In this document: positions 37,960 through 51,425 of the stretch, one piece after another
How positions within the stretch are numbered: position 1 is the first letter of the stretch
Layout of the letters: every line of letters starts with the position of its first letter
Assembly: GCF_006345805.1 (NCBI RefSeq)
Contig: NC_042997.1
Coordinates: forward strand, 102,114,001-102,178,000
Reading direction: 5' to 3'
DNA from: Octopus sinensis
Lineage: Eukaryota
Length of the DNA: 64,000 bases
Made by a program: the position numbers and the translations under genes
Notes under the pieces: model-generated
The model's input: the letters and a program-made list of their open reading frames with translations, nothing else
Databases searched by the model: none
Told to the model about the DNA's origin: nothing

Positions 37960-38135
37960 CAGTCGTTACTTAGTTTTAACATCTGCGCACTTCCCCCCAC
38001 TATCTGATGTCGCTGGGTCAGAAGTGAGGGCTGGTGGCATTTGGTAAAGCTATCGAATATAGCGCCGATGACGGAAATCAAACTACTTTTCTATGTTTGT
38101 GATCCAGAAACACGTGTTCGTTATTAACGGTAAGT
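37960..38135 (+). promoter_or_regulatory. CpG-richer island ending in a consensus donor (candidate first exon/TSS)
   Basis: gcgccgatgacggaaat (ETS-like) and AACG|GTAAGT at 38129/38130; a strong acceptor tttttacag|G follows at 38709/38710. Confidence 0.35.
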
Positions 38136-38301
38136 GATTGCTTTCGTCTATTTGCTACTCCGGTTTTGTGTATGTGAGCCGCAAGGGCCTTCGTTTTTGG
38201 AATCTCCACTTATAGAAAATGGAAAAAACGGTCTTTGACTGCCATTTCTAATTCCTTCGGTATGAGGCGAAACAGCCTGCTGCTAGCCATCTTATTTACT
38301 T

Positions 38302-38342
<41 letters not shown>

Positions 38343-39574
38343 CACATAATACATACATACATACATATATCTTTAGAATTTAAAGAGAGAAGAGCAAAGA
38401 AGAGAGAAAGGAGGGGAGAAGCCGCTTGAGACAATTACGGATATGGTTATCAATCTGTTATTATTATAGAAAAAATTCATCTCAAAGTGTTCACATTAAG
38501 TGGCTTCAACTGTACGTATATACAGCATTGTGTATGTGTATATACTGGCATACTCCGCATCATGGTTACCTCAGCTTACAAGATTTCGCGCTTACAAAAA
38601 TTGTACACTATTTCCACTAATTTCAAGTTGCGGTCTGTAATTTCATCCTTACGGTGGCTTATATGAATTTTAACAATATAAATCACGCTTCTTGATTTGA
38701 TTTTTACAGGCTTTTCCGTATTAGTGAGATCGGTGTAAGATGTTCTTTAGCTCGAACATCTGTAGACCAATAGTTGAAAGACAAAATGCTGCAAGAGGGA
38801 AATCTAGATTTCTGAGAAGGAATAATTTGAATAAGCATTTAGTGCAAGCTTTGGGGGATAAAATACAGTAGTAATGGCGAAAGAAGGAGAAATAGGTGTA
38901 TCGTATGAGATAAGATGGAGGCGCGGTGTAGCCTGTAAATTTAGAGAACCAGAAATGTCAGAAGAAGGAAAGTGTATTCACGAGTCTCTATTTGTAATAT
39001 GTTGACGACTAAGTCATTACTAATCAACTGGATGACTTTCTATTCCATGTATAATAGAAAAGGAGACGGGCTGACAACTCAGAATTTACGATAATTATGC
39101 ACAGTTCAAAAGTGATATAAATTGGCTCGTGGATGACAAAACATCTAATGTTTTAGGCACTTCTCTTCATCGCAGTGTGATGTTTTCTAATGGTGCCAAT
39201 CACCACTTTCCTCAGACACTACTTTTTATTTCAAAGCAACTGACAGACTTACTAAAACGTTGGACAGATTGCTTGACTAGCAATCGTTTCTTCGCCCTGA
39301 GTTCAAATTCTGCCAAGTTCATATTTGCCTTTCATTCTTATTGGGTCGATACATAAAGTGCCTGTTTTTACTGGGGTCAATTCTTCTCTTCCTTTTCCTT
39401 TTACTCATTTTTGTGTCCTGTCTTTCTTTCTGGAAGAATAAACTGTGGTCAAACCTGAAGAGGAATGAGATGCCCAAGATACTAGCGCCCCTACAACTCC
39501 ATCAAGGAGTTAAGGCTCCAAGGAAAAACACGACTATTTATTTTGACTATTTACTTTATTTAATTATACATAAT

Positions 39575-39955
39575 ATTTCTAACAAAGAACTGCATACGCT
39601 CTCGCATCAGCCTGCAGCCTCCCACCTCACAGCTATTCGCCGCATGTGCTTGCACGGACATGTCCTCTGCCTCCCGCCAGATCATCCTACGAGGGCCATA
39701 CTCTCGTTCGACGCAGCAGCTGCGAGATGGAAGAGGTTCCGTGAAAGGCTCCGCACCAAACGGCTCGACGTAATTAATGGAGATCTCCAGATGTTTGACG
39801 TCATCTTGGAGGATGAAGGGGCGCTGGCACGGTTCCGCCAGCGATGGGGAGCACTGGTGAATCTGGTCGGCTCTAAGCACGCTGACGCCTCTGGAATCAC
39901 TAACCTGGGATGTCTCTAGCCCCATCAAGCAAGAGCATGAAGCAAGCAAGCATAG
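39575..39955 (+). mobile_element. RTE-clade LINE 3' end with (CAAG)n tail
   Basis: SNKELHTLSHQP...RRMCLHGHVLCLPPDHPTRAIL...WKR...RQRWGALV, then caagcaag repeats. Confidence 0.8.
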
Positions 39956-40474
39956 TAGTGAAGACATGTTATAATATTTATGAGGTTGAGTTACATTTAG
40001 AATGTAATTGGATTCTAAACTATAAAATTACATATTTACTGTTAACAAGAAAAACAATTTATTTCATATATAATTTTACCGATTTATAAAAAGTAAATAG
40101 ATTATTTCATATTTTGAATTTGTTTTGCAAGGATTTTTATCTGAAATACGGTTTCATATCAGCTGTTTTCAAAAAGTCAGAAAAGTGAAATATAAATATG
40201 CAAAAACTGGTGAGTATGTTTATAGGTTTTATCTATTATGACTCTCCAAAATATAGCAAGATTATTTTATATTTATTTTTTACTGTTTAATATCTCTCTT
40301 AACTTAAGCAGGATTTCCCCCAGACTATTGGATTCTTTTTCTTGTTTGACTGAGATTTTAATAATCAAATACATACTGCCGTCAGCTGTCCATTTCTCTT
40401 TCTATTAAATACAATTTTAAAAGGTAAATATTTATCATGTTATTGACAAAAGATTAAAATAAGTTACGTATTTT

Positions 40475-40680
40475 ACCTTTTATCTTTTACTTGTTTCAGT
40501 CATTGGACGGCGACCATACTAGGGTACGACCTTGGAGGGTTTAATCGAACGAATCTCCCTCCATTACTTACTTAAAGTTTGGTACTTGTTCTATCGGTCA
40601 CTTTTTACCGAATCACTATATTATGGGAGTGTAAACAAATAAACACCAGTCGTCAAGCGGTGGGTGAACAAACACACATA
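40475..40680 (-). mobile_element. SINE family B 3' half
   Basis: ttttacttgtttcagtcattggacggcgaccatact...aaacaccagtcgtcaagcggtgg, followed by a long (CA)n. Confidence 0.7.
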
Positions 40681-40686
40681 TACACA

Positions 40687-40784
<98 letters not shown>

Positions 40785-41890
40785 TATTAGACGCATGTGT
40801 TTTGACGGTTTCTTTGGGTTTTTTTTTTCCTTTCAACAGCAATGTCTCAAAAAATCATCCAGGTTTAATAAGCGAAGTCAAGCATAACGCATTAAAACCT
40901 TTTTTTCATGCGCAGCTGAAATAGGGTAGCATCTAATATTCCAGCGCGCCTTTTAAGCCATCAAATACAGAATATATATATCCTACCTCTGAATCGTCTC
41001 TATAACATTTTCGTGAGTTTTCTATACAAATAAACTGGATAACTAAAAGCATAGACAAGTCTCACATTTCTTGCGATAAAGTCAAACTCACTTTTTGAAT
41101 ATGGATCGTTTCTTTTGGCTAATCCTAATGACAAAGTTGTAACGTTGTTATTTTCAGTATATACTCATATTGCCAATGGAACCTATTAAGTGATAGTATA
41201 TACATCCACAAATACCAGACAATCAATTGAATCAATTGCTCTGAAAGTATTGACTGCTGGATATACAACCAATGACTTTTTTTGTTCTTTAGAAACAGAA
41301 AAATAAATAGTTCTAAATTAAGCTAACTGTTCTAATAATAGAATCGGTATTGATTTTCTTATGTTTCTTTTTGAATTTCCTCCTTCCGTTGAAATGTTCG
41401 CATCGTTTAATATATATGTTTTTAATTCTTTATATTTGTAGTTTTCGATAATCGTATTTTTAGAAACTTTCCGGTAAATTTTAATTTAACAGAAAAACAA
41501 TAACACCACGTAATCGATCCTTTCCTTTTACCATCAATCTATATTTCTATACCACATTTCTAGCTATCAATTTATTTGTTCTTCGCAGGGCTTTTTGACG
41601 TTTTCTATCAGTCAGTAAACTAGAATACACGAGCCATCAAACAATTTCTTTGGGGACGTAACTAATATACAGCGGATATCAATAAAACTCGTCTTCTTCT
41701 TTGCCCGTTTCTTTTAATGATTTTATGAAAAATTGCGCTTTTGTTTCGGAAACAATAACTTACACATCTTTGCTGGATGTGTAAGTAAAAAAAGAGGCGA
41801 TATACCCAAATCAGCAGCTCATAGCACATAATATAGTTCGGCCGCATACATACATACATACATACATACATACATACATACATACATACA

Positions 41891-41922
<32 letters not shown>

Positions 41923-41934
41923 AATGTATTTGTA

Positions 41935-42025
41935 TAATCGAGAGTTTGTTTCTCGACTCATGTTTCATGCCACTGCGATCTTCAGGCGAAACACTATATC
42001 TACTGCCTTGCATTGAGTAACGTAC
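41935..42025 (-). ncRNA. Degenerate hammerhead-like motif (family shared with 11060-11235)
   Basis: Minus: CTGAAGA-tcgcagtggcat-GAAA-catg-agtcgaga-aacaaac-tctcgatt; stem II imperfect, cleavage site not clean. Confidence 0.4.
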
Positions 42026-42822
42026 GTGTGAGTGTGTGTAAGTATGTGTGTGTGTATGTGAGTGAGTGTGCGTGTGTATGTGTGTGTGTAAGTGTGTGCG
42101 CGCGCGTATGTGTGTGTAAAAATTCATTGATGTCTTGGTTTATTTGTGAAATAGAGGGAAAATAAACAAAGGGAACGGAGAGACAGAAATAAAGATAAAG
42201 TCGTAGAGAGAGAGAGAAAGAGAGGGAGAGAGAGAGTAATATAGAGAAAAGGGTAAATACCTAGTTCTCTATATTGAGTTTTAGTTCGATATCACCCCTG
42301 ATTAAGCATATCATTGGAAAATTAGTTCCAGTGATGACAATCCTGTCTTTTAAATTGGGACAGTATTATCTGCATTATATAATATAAGGTCATTTCTAAT
42401 ATAACGTATTCAGGAGTAGGCTGTTTAAAAGAAGATTTAACAGCTACATCCAGAAACTCAAGGGAACACGTAGAAGTTCTCTCTCATTAGACAACCTACC
42501 GGATTCCGAACTGGCTGGACCCACAAACCATAGTTGACTGACGGGATAACATAAGACTCGACACTTATATTACATATATTACATATATTACATAGTATCA
42601 AGTTTAAAAACATACACTCACACAATACTGTATTACATAGTGTTATTAAAGATATATAGGGCATTACACAAATGTGAAGAGTAAAGTAAAATAAGACGAA
42701 CAGATCAACCGTCGTCATAACTAATAGTTCCTCGCCACATTTCAAATCGTCAGACTATGCCGTTTATTCAACAATATTTTAGAAAATAAATTTACATACA
42801 TGCAAACATACTTGATACATAG

Positions 42823-42859
<37 letters not shown>

Positions 42860-43618
42860 ACACACACACACCACACACACACACATACTCACACATACAC
42901 TCACACACACACATACACACTCACGCACACGCGTTAGGGTCTCACATATACATGGTGAATTAAAAATCTTCATTTAACTACGATTATTCTTGTAGTGTAT
43001 TGGCAAAGATTTTAGAACATGACATAAAGTAGTTTGCAGTATTTGTTCTAGATCTTCGTGTCACTGAGTTCAAATCTAACCCTTGTTGGGATAAAAAAAA
43101 GTCCCTTTCCAGGGTGGTGAATGAGCAGAATTGTCAGAGCATCCGACAGAATGCCTTGCTGCATCAATTCCAGTTCTTTTGTTTTCTGAGTTCAAATTCT
43201 GCTGGACAGTACCTGATCCCAGGAGCATCCCACGCAACCCGCACTTGGCCAACATGGACAAACCATCTTAAAACATATATAAGTGATGAAATTTCATGCA
43301 GTGGTGGTTAGAAAAAACCCCCCAAAAACTAGAGTTCTCTGAATCTGAAAACAGTAATAAAGGGTGATAACTGTAATGATATCAGCTAACAATATTTTAT
43401 TCAATTCAGTTCGATATAACATTCATGAGTGAGAGTGAACGCGCGCTTGTTGAACTGAGATTATTCTAAAGCTAATTTACAACATTAAATTTACTAGTTG
43501 AATAAGCTTGAAAAAGGGTTAGGAGAAACTTGAGTCTCGTACGTTATAATACATATATATATTGACTTGAATTGAACCGGTTTCAGCTCATGAGCTGTAG
43601 CCATGCTGGGGCACCACC

Positions 43619-43897
<279 letters not shown>

Positions 43898-44063
43898 AGG
43901 CGTAGGAGTGGCTGAGTGGTAAGAAGCTTGCTTCTCACCACATGGTTCCAGGTTCAGTCCCACTGCATGCCACCTTGGGCAAGTGTCTTTTACTATACCC
44001 TCGAGCCGACCAAAGCCTTGTGAGTAGATTTGGTAGACGGAAACTGAAAGAAACCCGTCGCAT

Positions 44064-44105
<42 letters not shown>

Positions 44106-44200
44106 GTGTGTATGTGGTGTCTGTGCTTGTCTCCCTTCATCGCTTGAGAACCGATGTTGGTAACTTAGCGGTTCGGTAAGAGACCGACAGAATAACTTGG
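43898..44200 (+). mobile_element. SINE family B
   Basis: aggcgtaggagtggctgagtggtaagaagcttgc...caccttgggcaagtgtcttttactata... Confidence 0.9.
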
Positions 44201-44451
44201 CTTATGTATGTATGTGTGTGCGTGTGTGTGTGTATAAATTATGTCATATGTAAACAAAAATAAGTTTGTTTTTTGAAGCGCTGAAATGTATTAGAGTACA
44301 GGTAGAAAGATATATTTTTCAACGCATAAATACTGACAGAACAGCATATACAGGATAAAATCCTTAATGAGCTGACAAATCTTTTTGCTCTGTAAGGATT
44401 TTATCCTGTATATGCCGTTCTATATTGCAAAATATATCTTTCTACTTGTAC

Positions 44452-44483
<32 letters not shown>

Positions 44484-45535
44484 TGTATGTATGTATGTAT
44501 GTATGTATGTATGTATGTATGCATGTATGTATGTGTTTATATTTCACTTAGGCACAGCGATACTAATAATCAGGTGTTAGAAGTCAGTATACTTATACTT
44601 CAGAGAAAAACGAGTACAGAGTGTAATAAGAAATTAGATAAATGGCAAGGGAACAAGATATGTAAGGCGATACACAAGCACTCGGCTACGAGTGTGTATT
44701 ACACCTTGTTGTAGAAACAGCTGTAAGCTAATGAAGTTCATTACGTGATTTTTTTGTTCCCTTGTCATTTATTCAATTTTTTACACACACACACATACAT
44801 GCATATATATATATATGTATCTGTCTGTCTGTATGCATGTATGTATGTATGTATGTGTATGTATGTATGCATGTATGTAGTATGTATGTATGTATGTATG
44901 TATGTATGTATGTATGTATGCATGCATGTATGTATGTATGTATGTATGTATGTATGTATGTATGTATGTATGTATGTATGTATGTATGTATGTATGTGCG
45001 TATTTGTATATGCGTGTATATTTTATTGTATTTTATTTCATTACTGTATAAAGCATAACATTTATATAGTATTTTTAAAGATATAGTATTTTGTAAAGGT
45101 ATGTTGTCTCATTTGATACATAGCTAAAGAAATATTTATTCCTGAAAAATTTTTGCGCGAATTTACTATGGAATTAACAAATCTTTTCATAGAGACAGAC
45201 ATTTGATTGCTTGTCAACAATCAAAAAATATATATCACAAGAAGAATATATTCATAAATACAATAAACAAAGATACAAAATAAATATGTAGAAAGATTCT
45301 TCTGGATTATTTAAAGCCAGTCAGATAAAGAAAAAAGTTATTTGAAAATTTGAAAAAAACCCGCAAATGATTAGTCATGAATATACATATGAATACACAT
45401 ATACATAAGTGTAAGCGATACTCAACCGTGGTAGTTGTGAAATTGTGAGTAAATAGAGATAAATCCGAAACTTCATAAGACGTCTTCATCCTTTACATTG
45501 ATAAAAGCAATGAACCAATATCTGTATCGTTGTAG

Positions 45536-45577
45536 GTAGTTTCAACAATCCAATGAGATATCGCCTTATGGCAAAAG
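45536..45577 (+). other. Candidate 42-nt symmetric (phase 1-1) exon
   Basis: tcgttgtag|GTAG...GGCAAAAG|gtaagt; the only open frame reads (G)SFNNPMRYRLMAK. Confidence 0.3.
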
Positions 45578-45854
45578 GTAAGTGACGTCAGGAGAAAATT
45601 GCTCGTTCGTTTTCCCGCAGTCTGATTCTTAAGTGGTTCATTGGCTACATGATCTTAAAACTAATCATGAAACTAATCACGACTTATTTATTTATTTATT
45701 TATTTATTTTTCTATAAGAAGAGCAAATCAAATAATCCATAAATCGTTTCCTTTTCTAAACAAAGTGCTCTATAATGTAATTATGTATCCTTTGACATAT
45801 AAAATCAAAGAATATCCACGTAAACAAGTTGGGCGAAAAAAAGTGAACAAAAAT

Positions 45855-46080
45855 AACGTGGCTGTGTGGTAAGAAGTTTGCTTCCCAACCACATGGTTTG
45901 CTTGTCTCCGTAACTTTGCGGTACAGCAAAAGAGACTGAAAGAATAAGTATCAGGCTTAAAAAAAACAAAAAAAACTTAAGCACTGGGGTAGATTTGTTC
46001 GACTAAACTTCTTCAAGGTGGTGTTCCAGCATGGCCGCAGTCCATGATTGAAACAAGTGATAAGATAAAGGTAAAAGATA
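45855..46080 (+). mobile_element. SINE family B with internal deletion
   Basis: gtggctgtgtggtaagaagtttgcttcccaaccacatgg joined to the body and catggccgcagtcc tail. Confidence 0.8.
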
Positions 46081-46098
46081 AAGTAAATAAATAAATAA

Positions 46099-46480
46099 AC
46101 TAGTAATACCCGTGACGTATCGAGGGTTGCCAGCACTCGGTAGCAAAGGCAATTTTTGGCGTCTTCACCGTAGATTAATAAGCATTTTAAACAAGAAGAA
46201 ATGTTACGGCCTTCCTAATTGCGCCCGTGAGTGTCTGATCCTTCGTTCCCCACTCTTGCTATGCTTATGAATGATATATTTCTTTTAAAAAATCATTCTA
46301 AGCCATGTTTTAACTAAAAGGCTAGTATACTGAAATTTAGTATATTGAAATAAATTTTTAAAAACCCAAAAATCTATATTTAGATGATACGCACGTGCAT
46401 AAATTCCCAGTTTCATCAAAATGTATATTTACAAAACAAGCAAACAAACAAATAAATAAATAAATAAGTATATAAACGAA
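46099..46480 (+). mobile_element. HINE-like element
   Basis: actagtaatacccgtgacgtatcgaggg start; cagtttcatcaaaat and (AAAC)n(AAAT)n near the 3' end. Confidence 0.45.
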
Positions 46481-46693
46481 ATCGTTTTACTAAGGAAGAT
46501 AAGAGGGCGTTATACTTTCGAAACCGAAAGTATATTTATAGAAATGATTTGTCTGTAAATATTCCCTACTGACACATAGATTCATGCATCCAAACAGATA
46601 TACACAAACACACACACTCTCTCTCTCTCTCCCTCCCTTTCTCTCTCTCTCTCCCTCCCTCTCTCTTTCTCTATACATGTATGTATGTATGTA

Positions 46694-47071
46694 CACTACC
46701 GTCAGAAATTAATTAGCACCCTTGATTTGCTCTTCACTCAAGGTATGTGCTGTCACCTAGTGGCCATATCTCGAACTATTGCTTTGTTGCGAGTTCCCTG
46801 TTGCGCAGAACGATGACGTAACTTTGTTCGCAGAGCAGTTTGAGAGTCTACAGCCTTATGATGTTGACATAGCAGTGCAACAACAACTTGGAGTGCGGAT
46901 GCAGACAAATTCCTTTGTTTAATAGATATAGGTAGCGCCTCGCAAGGACCGAAATCACACCATACTAAGTTTTCTCATCGCGTAAGACGTTTTGAACAGC
47001 TCATAGGTTAATTGATTTAACCTATTTAATGTAGAAATTTGAGAAGTGCTAATTAATTTCTGACGCAAGTG
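46694..47071. mobile_element. Tc1/mariner-type MITE with TA TSD inside (TATG)n
   Basis: ta|cactaccgtcagaaattaattagcac ... gtgctaattaatttctgacgcaagtg|ta. Confidence 0.85.
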
Positions 47072-47091
47072 TATGTATGTATGTATGTATG

Positions 47092-47123
<32 letters not shown>

Positions 47124-47289
47124 AATAAATGCACGTAGTTATAAATTGCTCCCTTTATCTGAGATGGAGTTAAATTAGATTTAATAACTTAAAATATGCT
47201 TTTTCTTTTTATACCCACACACATTCACATTTTTAAGTAATCATTTGAATTTATTCTATGTGCTCTCGAATACACTGACGTGGATAACT

Positions 47290-48480
47290 ATGCCAGCACC
47301 CTGCTAATAATGTACAGTTACAGAAGCATCGACACTATACTGAGAGAATACAAGGGATCTACAGGTGCACATATAAGCCGAGACTGCTAGACAACTAGAC
47401 ACTTGGAGAAGTAAGTCCGTGTTGACCAGCTGCAATTTTCTTTCGATGGCCAGCTGCAATTTCTTTCGATGGGCTGAGGACCTGATGAAAGTGCTTAGAG
47501 TTTGGACCAAAATTTTGGATGGATAGGAACTTGGAGGAGGTCAGGAGCAGGGTGGCTAATCCCACATGGAAATAAGCCGGGAGAATGTTGCATCTAAAAG
47601 GTCTGGCGGAATTAGCTAATGCATACATAGCCGCGGTAGTGTACTACCGCCTCACCGTCATACCTTGTCCTATTTCTGACCAGATTTCAGCGCTTGCTTT
47701 TACGCTTCTCTTGGAAGGATCAGGGTCCGATGATCAGTAAGTTGATCTCATGGAATGCCGTGGCTTGTGATGTTTTGGTGAGCGCTGACACACTTGCAGG
47801 AATACCTGGATCACTTCAATGGCGTCTTTGACGTCGACTCCATCGAAGTGGAAGACAAAGATGAATTGGCTTGGGGGTCTTTCGAGCGACGCAACTCTCT
47901 GCAACTTGACTCTTTGACCGAGCTGCAGTCAAGCGTAGACCAAGTTTGTGTGTTTGGCATTTAGAATGTTGCCAGATACTCACAGCACTGTATCAGATAG
48001 ACAAGGCCGTCACCAGGAAAACAACTCAAGATTTCTATAGAGGACTAGTTGAAGGTATAAGCGACAATGGCTTGCGATGTACTCTGAGCATCAACGGAAA
48101 CAGTTCAGGCATTCTCTTCTGGGGGATTTTCAGGTTGGGGACTATGAACAATTTCCAAAATCCTTGGCATGCCAATGCTACAGTGGGGCATAATGTGTTA
48201 GAAATATGATTTCCAGGCACAGAAGCCCAAATGATCGAACTTGTCTGAGGAGCACGCAGGGCGGGGTGATAGAAGAGGGGAAATCGTCTTGCACATCATC
48301 GTTCAGTATCCATATGCGAATTATGGGCTTGTGTCGAACAAGCAAGTTTTTTTCTGTTTGGATGGATGTAACAAAAGAAGTACTGTTAAGGACTCGTCTA
48401 AAATGTTTGAAGGCAGCCATTTTCCTACTTGACCTAACTCTCATCAACTTTATCAAGTATCTTTGGATTCCTTTCTGACT
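47290..48480 (+). mobile_element. L1/Tx1-clade LINE fossil (post-RT region)
   Basis: Degenerate FRWAEDLMKVL...W..N.EEVRSRV...HLKGLAELANAYIAAVVYYRLTVIPCP; many stops and frameshifts; a 23-bp tandem duplication at ~47428-47473. Confidence 0.6.
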
Positions 48481-48489
48481 CCTTTCAAC

Positions 48490-50529
48490 TTCTGTTCCCT
48501 CTTGATATCAAAAGTTTATATACGGTGGTCCCACACAACGAAGGACTTCTTGCGCTTAAACATTTTCTAGACCTTCGGCATGACCCCAACCCGACACCTC
48601 CACACTTCTTCGCCTGGCCGAACTTGTCCTCTCTCTTAACTGCTTCTCATTCGCAGGGGGGTGGCCATGGGAACAAGAATGAGCCTCAGCTATGAGAACC
48701 TGTTCGTTGGCTACGTTGAGGCCCAAAAATTCTCACAATTCCCTAGTCTCACTCCCGAGATATACGGTCACTATATCGATGAGTGTATCGGCGCGACCTC
48801 ACTCTCCCGTGAACAACTGGACTCTTTCCTCTTCTTTATCCAATCCTTCCATCCTGCCCTCGAATTCTCCTGCACTATCTCTCTTTCGTCGAATTTCTCG
48901 ACATTTCTGTCAGCACCCACCACTCCGCTCTCACTACCTTCATCCACTACAAACACACTGACTCATATTCCTACCTTAACTTCTCCTCCTCTCAACCTAC
49001 CTACACCAAGCTCTCCATTCCCTGCTCCCAATTCCTCTGTCTACGCAGGCTCTGCAGTGACGACCATGACTTTGAGGCTCAGGTTCAATCATGACTCGCC
49101 ACTTCATCCTACGTGGATATCTCCTCGCCATTATCCACACTGCCCTTGCCCAGGCACGATCTGTTGACCGTGCCTCTGCTCTTTCTCCTCGTACCCGCCC
49201 CACCCTCACCCGTCTTCTGTTTCCAACGCACCATTTTCCGAGCCTTCCGGCAACTCCAGTCCGACCTCTCCACCTAGCACATCTTCCCTAACCTACCCCT
49301 TTCCTCCTTCAAACGAGCCCATAACCTGCGTGACCTCCTAGACCACAGTTTCTTCCCTACCTCTGCCTCCCAGACTGACTCTTTCCCCTGCTTCCGTCCA
49401 TGCTGTCGCGCCTGCCCCTGCCTCTCCAACACCACCATCCTCACAGGCACCCATCACTGTTCCTATCATGTCACCGACTCTTTTACCTGCACTTTCAGTA
49501 ATGTCATATACTGCATCTCCTGCTCTCTTTGTCCATCCCTGTACATTGGTCAAACGGAACGTCGCTTGGCTGGCCGGTGCGCGGAGCACCTCCGGAACAT
49601 CAGACTCGACAATGATACCCCGTTCTCGCGCTATATCCGCTCTACCGGTCATTTATCACAACATCTGTCTGTGTTCGGACTGTCTCTGCACAGGGGCCAC
49701 CCGGACTCAGCCTTCGCCGTGAACAGGAATTAGTCTTCTCTCTTCATTCCTTTTGCTCCATATGGGCTCAACTCACCTCCTCTCTTCATCTGACACTAAC
49801 CACACCTCCTCTCCTCGTTTGACACCAATCCAACACTGATTCCCACTCACTTCCCACACCCTCCACCTACACACCTGCATACAGCCTACCTCGGTACCCT
49901 CACCCACATGCACCACTATACACACACCCATACACATTGTTCATCTCATCAATACACAATTCCTTCTCACTGAACACACACTTCTCAGCACTCACACAAA
50001 CACCATCATCTACACACACAATAGCGTCACCACACATACTACTATATGAGCAGCCATACACACTGTTTAACTCAGTACTCAGTAGTCACACCACACATCA
50101 TTATGCATACTCCTAAGCCCTCACAAGCACATCATACCGGAACACAGACATTATATACTCCCACATCCACACAAGCATGTAATACCTGAACACAGACAAT
50201 ATATACACGTACACACATACACACACATACACACACATGCAACACACATAGACAAAGATAACTTTCGCTTACATAAATACACTATACACATGCGCACTAT
50301 TTGGTCGCAGTGACACACACACACACATACAGACACACGCACATACACACACACACACACATACATATGTGCCCACACCACGTGAAAAAGCACACATCAA
50401 CTGCTAAACACAATACATACGCATACACACACGTCGCACACACGTTGCACACGCTCACACACAAACACACGTCAAACTCATTCGCTCCCATTCACACATA
50501 CATACACACTCACACACACCATTCTTACA
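48490..50529 (+). mobile_element. Penelope-like element (RT + GIY-YIG endonuclease), degenerate, with CA-rich 3' UTR
   Basis: DIKSLYTVVPHNEGLLALKHFL, GVAMGTRM...NLFVGYVE, YID, SFHPAL; GIY-YIG region FTCT.SNVIYCISCSLC.SLYIGQTERRL; stop at 49791-49793. Confidence 0.9.
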
Positions 50530-50733
50530 CGAAGGATCAAAAAGCGACGTCGCTGCGAACGCTTGGCCGCCACAAACCAGTTATTCCTGTAGTAACTTTT
50601 CTGACACCTGTCGGCGGACGCATAGCTCGCCGCTGTAATTCGGAAAGGATCGATGGGCCACGCTTTCGCGGTCCGTATTCGTACTGAAAATCGAGATCGA
50701 ACGAGCTTTTGCCCTTTTGCTCGACGTGTGGTT
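50530..50733 (-). pseudogene. 28S (LSU) rRNA fragment, ~200 bp, from the 3' domain
   Basis: Minus strand gagcaaaagggcaaaagctcg...ttttcagtacgaatac...ggtgtcagaaaagttac...gtggcggccaagcgttc..agcgacgtcgctttttgatccttcg matches universally conserved LSU sequence; no flanking rDNA. Confidence 0.9.
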
Positions 50734-51055
50734 GCGCACCCCTCTTGTTGGGGTCACCATGAATTATCTTCAAGGCAGAAAATGCTAAAATGATTTTATC
50801 ATGAAGAACATTTTAGTATCGGTTTCAGTCTTTACGACTTTTTCAACGTAGAGTAAAGCATGAAAAACAATTAAATGAAATGTTTTTTAAAAACATTTCT
50901 ATAGCTTTGAAATGCAGGGGACATTTTCCTTTTTTCTGTCTGTCTCTCTCTTTTTTACTCTTATGAAGGCTTGGTAGTAGGTAGTAGCAGTCCTAAAAGA
51001 ATATGTGATATATATATGTGCGTGTGTTTGTGCGTGTGTGTGTGTGTGTGTGTGT

Positions 51056-51098
<43 letters not shown>

Positions 51099-51236
51099 GT
51101 GTGTGTGCGTGCGTGTGCGCATATGTGTGGTTGAAACTAAACAACAGTGTTGAACTGCTGATGCTGTACTGCTTTCCCGGGGCAGTTTCATAAATCCTTA
51201 CACACACACACACACACACTATTAATAACATATAAA

Positions 51237-51329
51237 ATTATATTCTGATATCAGCCGCTTCACCAATCGGTTTCATAGCAACTTCTAGTTTGAACCCGAT
51301 TGGTAAAGTGGCTGATATGACAATGTAAT
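51237..51329. other. Pre-miRNA-like hairpin
   Basis: 28-bp imperfect stem 51248-51275 / 51291-51318, 15-nt loop, plus an 8-bp basal stem attatatt/aatgtaat. Confidence 0.4.
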
Positions 51330-51425
51330 ACTATATTTTATAAATAATAAATATAACCACTCTGTTGGCCAGTACATCAGGACCTGTTCCCCCTGGTTTA
51401 TGCATTTTTATACAAATATATATAT

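Noticed and set aside
50530-50733. Functional rRNA gene
   Set aside because: Only ~200 bp, no flanking rDNA, and substitutions at conserved positions.
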